In this document: in pieces, positions 43,826-52,295 of the stretch
How the letters are laid out: the number at the start of each line of letters is the position of its first letter
Numbering within the stretch: position 1 is the stretch's first letter
Sequence record: SRR22947727_633
Direction: 5' to 3' (one strand)
DNA: 63,223 nucleotides
Program-made: the position numbers and the translations under genes
The notes under the pieces: generated by a model
Seen by the model: only the letters and a program-made list of their open reading frames with translations
Databases searched by the model: none
What the model was told of the DNA's origin: nothing

Positions 43826-43829
43826 CTGC

Positions 43830-45488
43830 TTATTGAATTTTACCGTTATCTAAATTTACAATAGTATTACAGGAAGATTCCCACTGTTTGTTTGCACTCA
43901 CAACAATTAAGGACCAATTATGTATTGGATCTGTAATATAAGTGATAATATTGGCAGCCTCTTCCATAGAAAATTGATCTAAAGGATCTTCCAAAATAAG
44001 GAGTTTAGGGTTCTTAATAATCGCCCTTGCTAAAATGATTTTTTTGGCAACAGTATAGGCAATTTGTTTGCCTTCAGGTTTTAGATAAGTGTCTAAACCG
44101 TTTGGCTGGTCCTTTAAAAACTCTTTAAGGCCTATTTCATTGAAAACCGCTCTAATTCTTTGGTCAGTAACCTCTAAATTATTAAAACTTACATTTTCTC
44201 TAATGGTGCCTTCAAAAGGGGTTTCCTCTGAAAGTGAAAGTCCTAAAAGTGCTCTATAACTATTGAGATGCAAACTAGACAGTGCTGCATCATTTATAAA
44301 TATTCTTCCAGAGGTAGGATCTATAATGCCCGCTAATAATCTTAATAAACTAGATTTACCTGAACCACTTTCTCCACGTACAAGTATCCTACATTGATTA
44401 GAGATTTCTAAATTTATATCTGAAAGGATTGGTGTATCTCTATCCGGCACACTATAAAACACTTTGCTTAAAATTAAATTAAAAGAGGTTTCAGCAGAAA
44501 TAGTATCGCCTTTTTGTGACTCAAGTTCTTTATCTACTACCTGACCTAACTTTTCTAAAGAGGTCAGCACATCATAAAATGACTCTAGCCCTAATATTAA
44601 TTTTTCTACGGAGGAGATCACTAAAATGATAATAATCTCAGCAGCTACAAATTGTCCAATATTCATTTCTTGATTTAATACCAAAGCCCCACCAATGAGC
44701 AATAAACCAGCCGTAACAAGCACCTTAAAACCAATCATTTGGATGAACTGAAGCACCAAAACTTTAAAATGCTTTTCCCTTGCATTAAGATAGTCTTTAA
44801 CCAAATGATCATTCTTGTCTAAAGCCAATTGGGTTTTACCGGATAATTTAAAGCTGACAATAGATCTAGCCACTTCTTGAATCCAGTGAGCAACCCTATA
44901 CTTGTGTTTGGATTCTTCTAAACTACTTTCAAGACCTTTAACTGCAGTATACTTAAAAACAGTATAAATTAATGCCAATAACATAAATCCAAAAACTATA
45001 AAGAAAGGATGGTAGAAAGAGAGTAATATTAAGGCAAATAAAATCTGTAAGAGTGCAGCAGGTGCATCTATTAATATTTTTGACAAGCCTTTTTGTATGG
45101 TGAGTGTGTCAAAAAATCTATTGGCCAGTTCTGGTGGATAGTAGGCCCTTAAAGCTTCCATTTTGATTTTAGGAAACCTGTAGCTTAATTCAAATGAAGC
45201 TCTGGTGAAAATTTTTTGCTGTAGACTCTCAATAATCCTTAATTGCATAAGTTGCAATGCGCCATTAAAAGCAACACCAAGAGTAACCAAAATCACCAAA
45301 ACTACCCAAGAAGTACTTATTTGAGCTCCTTGAATTAAATTGATGATTGCTTGGATCCCCAAAGGCAATGTTAGCGTCATAAAACCTGAAAAAATAGCAT
45401 AATATGTAATTTGAAGGATGTCTTTTTTCTCTAAACTCAATAGGCCAACAAAACGTTTCCATGGGTTAAGTAATTTATTAGGATCCAT
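43830..45488 (-). CDS. ABC exporter (TMD-NBD fusion), type I secretion-like
   Basis: Multi-TM domain, Walker A GESGSGKS; degenerate signature and Walker B. Confidence 0.88.
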   Translation of the reverse strand: MDPNKLLNPWKRFVGLLSLEKKDILQITYYAIFSGFMTLTLPLGIQAIINLIQGAQISTSWVVLVILVTLGVAFNGALQLMQLRIIESLQQKIFTRASFELSYRFPKIKMEALRAYYPPELANRFFDTLTIQKGLSKILIDAPAALLQILFALILLSFYHPFFIVFGFMLLALIYTVFKYTAVKGLESSLEESKHKYRVAHWIQEVARSIVSFKLSGKTQLALDKNDHLVKDYLNAREKHFKVLVLQFIQMIGFKVLVTAGLLLIGGALVLNQEMNIGQFVAAEIIIILVISSVEKLILGLESFYDVLTSLEKLGQVVDKELESQKGDTISAETSFNLILSKVFYSVPDRDTPILSDINLEISNQCRILVRGESGSGKSSLLRLLAGIIDPTSGRIFINDAALSSLHLNSYRALLGLSLSEETPFEGTIRENVSFNNLEVTDQRIRAVFNEIGLKEFLKDQPNGLDTYLKPEGKQIAYTVAKKIILARAIIKNPKLLILEDPLDQFSMEEAANIITYITDPIHNWSLIVVSANKQWESSCNTIVNLDNGKIQ

Positions 45489-46159
45489 TAGTATAGGGTT
45501 TTATAAATTAAATTTATATAGTAGTTACAAGGCTCATTTATATCTGAGCAGTCAGTTAATGATGGAAAATGATCTTTATAATAATATTGCTGTAATACAC
45601 CAGCTAAGATTGTATTGGCCAGACTTGCTGAAAAGTTGTAAGATGGATTAGCTACTTTTATAAATCCTTGTAAACGACTGTGAACTCTTTTATAGGCAAC
45701 AAATAAGCCTTGCTTATTCTCTTGATCTACAGACTTGGTTAAAAATGATTTTGAAAACTCACTAATCATTATTTTATGTATCAACACTAAATTAATAGGG
45801 GTATTACTAGAGTCGTTATCTACTTTTCTTGTAAGCACGGTTACTGCTTGAATTATTTTTTCCTTTGGATCAGTAATAGAATGGGTCTCCATCACTAGAT
45901 TATATTCAACCCAAGCCCAATACCATGAAGATAGATATAACAAAAACTTGTGCTTATTTTCAAAATAACGGTAAATAGAGCTTTCATTTGAGCCAATATG
46001 AGTCCCAAGCTTTTTAAAAGTAAAGCCATCAAAACCCATTTCATGAATGAGTTCCATTCCTTGAGTGATAATATTTTTACCTAAAACAGAGGTCTCGGGA
46101 TCTTTTATGAATACCCCTTCAGGAATAGTAATCTTAAAAGTAGATAAGAGTTGATCCAT
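45488..46159 (-). CDS. TetR/AcrR family regulator
   Basis: GFDGFTFKKLG...SIYRYFENK helix-turn-helix. Confidence 0.9.
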   Translation of the reverse strand: MDQLLSTFKITIPEGVFIKDPETSVLGKNIITQGMELIHEMGFDGFTFKKLGTHIGSNESSIYRYFENKHKFLLYLSSWYWAWVEYNLVMETHSITDPKEKIIQAVTVLTRKVDNDSSNTPINLVLIHKIMISEFSKSFLTKSVDQENKQGLFVAYKRVHSRLQGFIKVANPSYNFSASLANTILAGVLQQYYYKDHFPSLTDCSDINEPCNYYINLIYKTLY

Positions 46160-46172
46160 TGTATTTTTTTTA

Positions 46173-46195
46173 CAAATATAATAGTAATACTCTTA
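46173..46195 (-). promoter_or_regulatory. tetR promoter -7 element with overlapping imperfect palindrome (candidate operator)
   Basis: Reverse complement of 46173-46180 is TATATTTG; TAATAGTA-A-TACTCTTA at 46179-46195. Confidence 0.5.
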
Positions 46196-46368
46196 ATTTT
46201 GATAATTTAACTATTATTTAAGAAAGCGTTAATCTAAATAAATTTAATGTGTAAAATGCTGTAATACAGAAAGATAATAAAACACATAATAAATATTTAT
46301 GTTTTTTATTAAATAATTAAATAAAAACTTATGTTTAATCTGGCCTAAATTTGAAATAAAAAAATGCT

Positions 46369-47136
46369 ATGAAAAAGTTTTTATTATTTGTATTGGTAGC
46401 TAGTTTTACTAGCTGTGCTGTTATTCGGCCGGGAGAGGCTGGAGTGAAGCAGCGTTTTGGAAATTTCCAAGCTGGTGTTAAGACAGACGGTATTGTTTTT
46501 TTCAATCCAATTACCTCAAAGATTGTAAAAGAATCTATTCAAACCAATAATTTAGAAATGTTTTTAAATCTGCCTAGCAAAGAGGGGTTAAGCGTAGATT
46601 CTGAAATTTCTATTTTATACAGACTAGAGACAGAAAAAGTACCAGAAGTTTTACAAACACTAGGTCCTAATTACAAAACTATTATTACTAGTGTATTTAG
46701 ATCCGCATCTGCAGATGTTTGTTCTCAGTTCTTTGCAAAAGACATGCACTCTGGAAAGCGGGCAGATATAGAAGAAGCTATAAAATTAAAAATGGCCAAT
46801 AACCTCATTGAAAAAGGAATTTTAATAGAAGCAGTTCTAATGAAGAGTATTCAATTGCCAAGGGGCCTATCTTCTTCTATAGAGCAGAAACTTCAGGCTG
46901 AGCAAGACGCTATGCGAATGGTTTTCGTACTGGACCAAGCCAGGTTAGAGGCAGAGCGAAAAATCATTGAGTCTACTGGAGAAAGAGATGCTCAAAAAAT
47001 ACTATCAGAAGGTTTAACAGAAGAAATCATCAAAATTAGAAGTATAGAAGCGTTTATGAAACTTTCTAACTCTGTAAATTCAAAGGTGATTATCACTGAT
47101 GGAAAAGCACCCTTTTTAATTGGAACTAAAGAGTAG
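46369..47136 (+). CDS. SPFH/prohibitin family lipoprotein
   Basis: Lipobox FTSC, PGEAGV, LPSKEGL, AEQ coiled coil; TAAATTTG at 46346-46353. Confidence 0.85.
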   Translation: MKKFLLFVLVASFTSCAVIRPGEAGVKQRFGNFQAGVKTDGIVFFNPITSKIVKESIQTNNLEMFLNLPSKEGLSVDSEISILYRLETEKVPEVLQTLGPNYKTIITSVFRSASADVCSQFFAKDMHSGKRADIEEAIKLKMANNLIEKGILIEAVLMKSIQLPRGLSSSIEQKLQAEQDAMRMVFVLDQARLEAERKIIESTGERDAQKILSEGLTEEIIKIRSIEAFMKLSNSVNSKVIITDGKAPFLIGTKE

Positions 47137-47216
47137 TAATCTATTTGAGATTACATAACGCTGTAGCGCTTGTTTAAAAGGAAAAGAAAAACAGTTAGTT
47201 GTTGTTTTATTTTGAG

Positions 47217-47249
47217 AAAGGTGTCCGAGAAATTGGACATCTTTTTTTT
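47217..47249 (+). terminator. Intrinsic terminator
   Basis: AAAGGTGTCCGA-GAAA-TTGGACATCTTT plus T-run. Confidence 0.8.
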
Positions 47250-47302
47250 ATGATCAAAAATACAATTCCTCCAAATAGACTATTTTCGTAAAAAGTAACA
47301 TT

Positions 47303-48295
47303 ATGATCAGTTTGAACTTAAATGAGGTTTCCCAGCTAATTCACGCGACTAATGACATTCAATCTGAAGTAGTGATTTCTGGAGTGAATGATTTGGCTAA
47401 TGCCACTGTAAATCAAATTACTTTTATTGGCAGTGCTAAATACAAACGATTTATAGAAACAACTAAAGCGGCAGCTGTAGTGGTGAGTCATGGCATAGAA
47501 ATCACAAACCCAAGCATACCCTTATTGTATGTAAAAAATGCAGATTTAGCTATGGCACAACTATTAGAAGCTTTTTCTCCAAAGCAGGGGCCTGAATTTG
47601 AAACAAATATTCACCCAACAGCCAGTATTCATCATTCTGTAGTATTGGGAGAAGGGGTAAAGGTAGGTGCTTTTGTTTATATAGGTCCAGGCGTATCTGT
47701 AGGAAAAGGAACTCAGATATACGCGAATGTAAGTGTATTTGACAACAGTAAAATAGGAGAGAATTGCACCATTTGGTCTGGGACAGTTATTAGAGAAAAT
47801 AGCCAAATTGGACACCACTGTATTTTTCATAATAATGTGAGTATAGGTGCCGATGGTTTTGGTTACAGACCAGCGCCGGATGGTAGTGGTCTCATTAAAA
47901 TCCCACACATTGGCAATGTGGTCATAGGCAATCATGTAGAAATTGGTGCAAATTCATGTGTAGATAAGGCCAAATTTAATAGCACCATACTTGGAGATGG
48001 ATGCAAAATAGACAACCTAGTACAAATAGCCCACAACTGTGTATTGGGAAGGTCCTGTATTATGGCAGGTAGTTCTGGATTAGCTGGTTCAGTAACCCTT
48101 GGAGACGGTGTTATTATAGGCGGTAGTGCCTCTATTAAAGACCATGTAACCATTGGTAGTGGTGCTACTGTGGGCGCAGGTTCTGGTGTTATTGCAGACG
48201 TGCCTCCAAAAGGTTCTGTTTTAGGCTATCCTGCTACTGAATCTAGAGAAATGCTCAAACAATGGGTGGCTTTAAAAAGACTTGCCAAACAGTAA
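47303..48295 (+). CDS. LpxD-family acyltransferase (third paralog)
   Basis: GADGFGYRP, KIDNLVQIAHN, hexapeptide repeats. Confidence 0.88.
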   Translation: MISLNLNEVSQLIHATNDIQSEVVISGVNDLANATVNQITFIGSAKYKRFIETTKAAAVVVSHGIEITNPSIPLLYVKNADLAMAQLLEAFSPKQGPEFETNIHPTASIHHSVVLGEGVKVGAFVYIGPGVSVGKGTQIYANVSVFDNSKIGENCTIWSGTVIRENSQIGHHCIFHNNVSIGADGFGYRPAPDGSGLIKIPHIGNVVIGNHVEIGANSCVDKAKFNSTILGDGCKIDNLVQIAHNCVLGRSCIMAGSSGLAGSVTLGDGVIIGGSASIKDHVTIGSGATVGAGSGVIADVPPKGSVLGYPATESREMLKQWVALKRLAKQ

Positions 48296-48362
48296 AAAGA
48301 GTAGCGTCCAATTAAAATAATAGGCGTTTCTTTGCCACCTAATATGATCATAAATTAGCCTA

Positions 48363-49301
48363 ATGGACCAGACTTCTAAAAACCCAGTACTCGTTATACT
48401 TGCTTTTATTGCTATATATGTAATCTGGGGGTCTACTTATTTACTCAATAAAATTGCGGTCACTGAACTAGACCCATTTATGTTAGCGGCCATTCGCTTT
48501 ATAGTATCTGGTTGTCTTATATTTATTATTGCAATAATCTCAGGTAGGTCTATAGCAATCACAAAAAAACAGGCTGTTAATACGGCCATTGCTGGGTTTT
48601 TATTTTTGAGCTTTGGAAATGGGGTAGTGGTATGGGCATTGAGATACGTAGACACAAGTTTTGCCGCTTTAGAAATTTCCTCACAACCCTTAATTGTACT
48701 TTTACTAATGAGAATATTCCAGGGGAAAAAAATTTCTCCAATGTCTCTGCTTGGTGTGTTTTTGGGATTTATAGGAATATATCTTTTGGTCAGCCAGAAA
48801 AGTATTTTAAACCAAGAAAATTCCGTTCTTGGAATGGTAATGATTTTCTTTTGTATGGTCAGTTGGGCCAGCGCAAGCTTATTTGTGGGTAAAGCAGACC
48901 TCCCAAAAAACTTTTTAGTCAACACAGGTTACCAAATGATTTTTGGTGGTACCATATTAGCTTTAGCGAGTATTGCGATTGGAGAACAATGGAGCAACCC
49001 CATAAATTGGTCCGTAAAGGTGCAGTGGTCTATTGTACTATTAGTGATTTTTGGAAGTATTATAGCCTTTACCTCGTTTAACTATTTACTCAAGGTTGTT
49101 TCTCCTGAAAAAGTAGCTACCAATACCTATGTAAATCCAATTATTGCGCTACTTATGGGGTGGTATTTTTTAAATGAGCAGATTACGCAACAATCCATTA
49201 TTGCTTCAGCGGTTCTTTTAACAGGAGTGTTTTTTGTAAACACAAAAAAACAGTTGGTCTTATTTAATCGTTTCAGGACTAAAAAGAATCCGCTTAAATA
49301 A
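48363..49301 (+). CDS. EamA/DMT family transporter
   Basis: IYVIWGSTY, YVNPIIA, about 10 TM segments. Confidence 0.9.
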   Translation: MDQTSKNPVLVILAFIAIYVIWGSTYLLNKIAVTELDPFMLAAIRFIVSGCLIFIIAIISGRSIAITKKQAVNTAIAGFLFLSFGNGVVVWALRYVDTSFAALEISSQPLIVLLLMRIFQGKKISPMSLLGVFLGFIGIYLLVSQKSILNQENSVLGMVMIFFCMVSWASASLFVGKADLPKNFLVNTGYQMIFGGTILALASIAIGEQWSNPINWSVKVQWSIVLLVIFGSIIAFTSFNYLLKVVSPEKVATNTYVNPIIALLMGWYFLNEQITQQSIIASAVLLTGVFFVNTKKQLVLFNRFRTKKNPLK

Positions 49302-49349
49302 AAATAGGGGAGTACCAATAAAGACTCGTATCTTTGTACAAATTCTACT

Positions 49350-50717
49350 ATGGACGCGCCTTTAACCACCTCATTTGAGGAATTTAATCTAAATACCCCC
49401 TTAAAAAATAACCTATCAGAGGTTGGTTATGAAGTACCGACCCCCATACAAGGAGCCACTTATGCCTCAGTCTTGTCAGGTCAAGATGTACTGGGATTAG
49501 CACAAACTGGAACAGGTAAAACCTTGGCGTACTTACTACCTATTTTAAACGACCTTAAATTTGCAAAAGAAAAGACAGTTCGCGCCTTAGTGATTGTGCC
49601 AACAAGAGAATTGGTTTCTCAAGTTGTTGAGGAAGCGGAGAAAATCTGTCAGAATACCTTTATTCGTGTTTGTGGGGTACACGGGGGTAATTCCATGAAA
49701 AAAGACCGGGATGCTTTGGCGCAAAGCGCCGACATCATTGTAGCAACTCCAGGAAGGTTGTACGATTTATTTTTAGCTAGAGTCATAAAATATGCTGCCA
49801 TAAAGAAAGTGGTCATAGATGAAGTAGACGTTATGTTGGACCTTGGATTTAGGTTTCAACTCACCAACATTTTTGACCTTTTGCCTAAAAAAAGGCAACA
49901 TATTATGTTTTCTGCCACCATGACGGATGAAATTGAAAGCCTTATTTCAGACTTTTTCATTGCGCCAAAAAGGATTTATATTGCTATGAGTGGTACACCA
50001 CTCAAAAATATAGCACAAACTGCCTATGCAGTCCCTAATTATTATACAAAAGTCAATCTATTACAACATCTTTTGGAACAAGAGGAAACCTTTAAAAAGG
50101 TATTGGTTTTTGTATCTAATAAAAAAATATCTGACCGAATTTACGAACAACTAGAACCTGTTTTTGAGAAGAATATAGGGATTGTTCATGCCAATAAAAC
50201 ACAAAACCACAGGAATAGGGTCCTGAGTGCGTTTGACGCAGGAAGGATCCGTATTGTAATTGCTACAGATTTAGTCGCTAGAGGTTTAGATATAGATCAA
50301 ATATCCCATGTAATAAATTTCGATACGCCCAAATATCCTGAAAACTATATGCACAGGATTGGAAGAACGGGTAGAGCTAACGCAGATGGAAATTCCATAT
50401 TGCTACACAATCCAGAAGAGTTGGCATATAAGGAAGCCATTGAGACGCTCATGCAAATTGCTGTACCTGACGTTGAATTTCCCAAAGAAGTGCCTGTTTC
50501 TATTCAATTAGCTCCTGAAGAACAACCCCATACATTTGAACCAGATTCAGATAAATTACAAGGAAGAGATCCGTCTTTAGGATCCGGTTTCCATGAAAAG
50601 TCAGAGAAGAACAAACAAGAAAATCAAGGAGGTTCATACAAACGTATCATAGCTAAGAAATACAAAAAGCCAAAGACTCGCGGCGATAAGAATTACAACA
50701 AAGGGAAAAGAAAGTAG
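49350..50717 (+). CDS. DEAD-box RNA helicase
   Basis: Q motif TPIQ, AQTGTGKT, PTREL, DEVD, SAT, ARGLD, HRIGRTGR; TATCTTTG at 49329-49336. Confidence 0.93.
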   Translation: MDAPLTTSFEEFNLNTPLKNNLSEVGYEVPTPIQGATYASVLSGQDVLGLAQTGTGKTLAYLLPILNDLKFAKEKTVRALVIVPTRELVSQVVEEAEKICQNTFIRVCGVHGGNSMKKDRDALAQSADIIVATPGRLYDLFLARVIKYAAIKKVVIDEVDVMLDLGFRFQLTNIFDLLPKKRQHIMFSATMTDEIESLISDFFIAPKRIYIAMSGTPLKNIAQTAYAVPNYYTKVNLLQHLLEQEETFKKVLVFVSNKKISDRIYEQLEPVFEKNIGIVHANKTQNHRNRVLSAFDAGRIRIVIATDLVARGLDIDQISHVINFDTPKYPENYMHRIGRTGRANADGNSILLHNPEELAYKEAIETLMQIAVPDVEFPKEVPVSIQLAPEEQPHTFEPDSDKLQGRDPSLGSGFHEKSEKNKQENQGGSYKRIIAKKYKKPKTRGDKNYNKGKRK

Positions 50718-50783
50718 TTTTTTGTGTTATAATTTCTTTGGTATCAATCATTGAACTAGTAAAGTGTTTGAATACAAATGTAT

Positions 50784-50814
50784 TTGTTCTATAATGTTCC
50801 GCGTTATGTAACTT
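50784..50814 (+). other. Degenerate dif-like XerC/XerD site with 9-bp spacer (left island boundary)
   Basis: TTGTTCTATAA-TGTTCCGCG-TTATGTAACTT; arms match the site at 57759 at 10/11 and 9/11 positions. Confidence 0.7.
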
Positions 50815-50952
50815 GAGCTTTGATTAAAAGCGAAAAGTTTCTACTAATTTTCTCTGGTTTTTTTCTTTCTAAAAATTTTCATTTCAAAAGGTAATGGAAC
50901 ACTTTTTACGCGAGCCGACCCTAGGAGGGGAGTTTAATGTGTGTGGAATGGT

Positions 50953-52182
50953 TCAACTAGCTTTTGTATACTTAATAGATATGGTACCATTCACTAATCT
51001 ATTCTCATTATCAATACCACTAAAAACGCCATCTTGAATTAATTTTTCATTTTTTAGATAGAATGTTTTAAAATAGACATTTACCCTTTCTAATGCTATG
51101 ATTCCTGAAAAAGTAAATCTAAAATTTATAACTGTCCCTTTATTTATAAGTTCCATTCTATCTTTTTCTATATATACATTTTCGGTTAAAGTAATTATCT
51201 TATAATTTGAAGACAAAACTTTGAATTTGATCACTTCAGTATAATTATCTTCTAAATTAAAACTGAGTTCATAGGTTCCAGGTATTTTTGAATAAATGGA
51301 TGAAAACGGACTTTTATCAGATAATTCTAAATAATGTTTAGGGACTTTACGATTATTAATAATTCGTTTATTTCTAATTTCTAAAGCAATATATGGGGGA
51401 ATATTGAAGTTTTTTGACTTTTCTTCCATAATCTGTCTTGATTCACATTTTTCAAGAATAGATCGTCCAGCAACCGTATTAGAATAAACATCAAAGTTAC
51501 TATAGGTGCCTACCAAAAAGTTAATATTTGATGGTTCTTGATGTCCTATGTAATATATTTCACTTGAGCCATTAATGTATCTACCACTAGATAGTGTTTT
51601 GGTTCTAATATAAATGGTGTCTCCTTGTCTTACAATAGTACCATGACTATAATGTTCTTTTAAAGTACGATCTTCTTGAGGATACATGAATACATGCTGA
51701 ATTTTAGTCCAGTTATTAGAAATAATCGTTTGCCCTTTTAGAAGAATGTCTTCCTCGCCAAAATAATAGTTCAAATAATAATAGGTGGTATTAGCTGAAT
51801 CTTTATTCAGTAATGCCAGTTGTTTCTTAATTTCATCTTTAGATAATTTATAATCGTCTAAAAACTTTTCAAAATTTTCATAACCTATATATAATAGAAT
51901 AATAGATTTATAGTATTCATTTAATTTGATGGTGGCTTTCCCTTTTTCTAATTCCCTCGATTTATCATAAAGATATTTACCATTAATAACCTCAGTACCA
52001 ATAGTTTCAAAATCCTTTTTTAAACTAGGTTTGTTTTCATCAAAAGCCCCATACCCATATAATTGAAAGGTTTTAGGTAGTTTAGATAACTGATGCTTTT
52101 TAGTAAATTTTGCATGTACTGCTTCTAAAACAATTTTGAAATATTCTGAAGTTAACACGAGGGCACCTGATTTTACTGGCAT
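50953..52182 (-). CDS. Hypothetical protein; candidate regulator (helical N-domain plus two tandem beta-rich domains)
   Basis: 409-aa soluble-looking ORF divergent from the TonB receptor; internal repeat VGTYSNFD..TVAGRSIL versus DGVFSGID..LVNGTISI. Confidence 0.6.
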   Translation of the reverse strand: MPVKSGALVLTSEYFKIVLEAVHAKFTKKHQLSKLPKTFQLYGYGAFDENKPSLKKDFETIGTEVINGKYLYDKSRELEKGKATIKLNEYYKSIILLYIGYENFEKFLDDYKLSKDEIKKQLALLNKDSANTTYYYLNYYFGEEDILLKGQTIISNNWTKIQHVFMYPQEDRTLKEHYSHGTIVRQGDTIYIRTKTLSSGRYINGSSEIYYIGHQEPSNINFLVGTYSNFDVYSNTVAGRSILEKCESRQIMEEKSKNFNIPPYIALEIRNKRIINNRKVPKHYLELSDKSPFSSIYSKIPGTYELSFNLEDNYTEVIKFKVLSSNYKIITLTENVYIEKDRMELINKGTVINFRFTFSGIIALERVNVYFKTFYLKNEKLIQDGVFSGIDNENRLVNGTISIKYTKAS

Positions 52183-52207
52183 ATAAAATTCCTGAAATTT
52201 TTATAAA

Positions 52208-52231
52208 ATTATTAAAAATATTTTTAATAAT
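52208..52231. promoter_or_regulatory. Perfect 24-bp palindrome in the divergent intergenic region (candidate operator)
   Basis: ATTATTAAAAATATTTTTAATAAT is self-complementary, but entirely A/T. Confidence 0.35.
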
Positions 52232-52295
52232 AAAAATGAATAAGAATTAATATCTAGCTGATTACTTTAGAACAACTAATTAATTCTTCCATATC

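Noticed and set aside
50722-50735. TTGTGTTATAATTT, similar to the dif left arm plus the start of the spacer
   Set aside because: Two mismatches, no XerD arm at a suitable distance, AT-rich context; it could be a remnant but cannot be supported.
52183-52295. Riboswitch (TPP or cobalamin) upstream of the TonB receptor
   Set aside because: The region is only 113 bp, almost all A/T, and lacks the conserved aptamer motifs.
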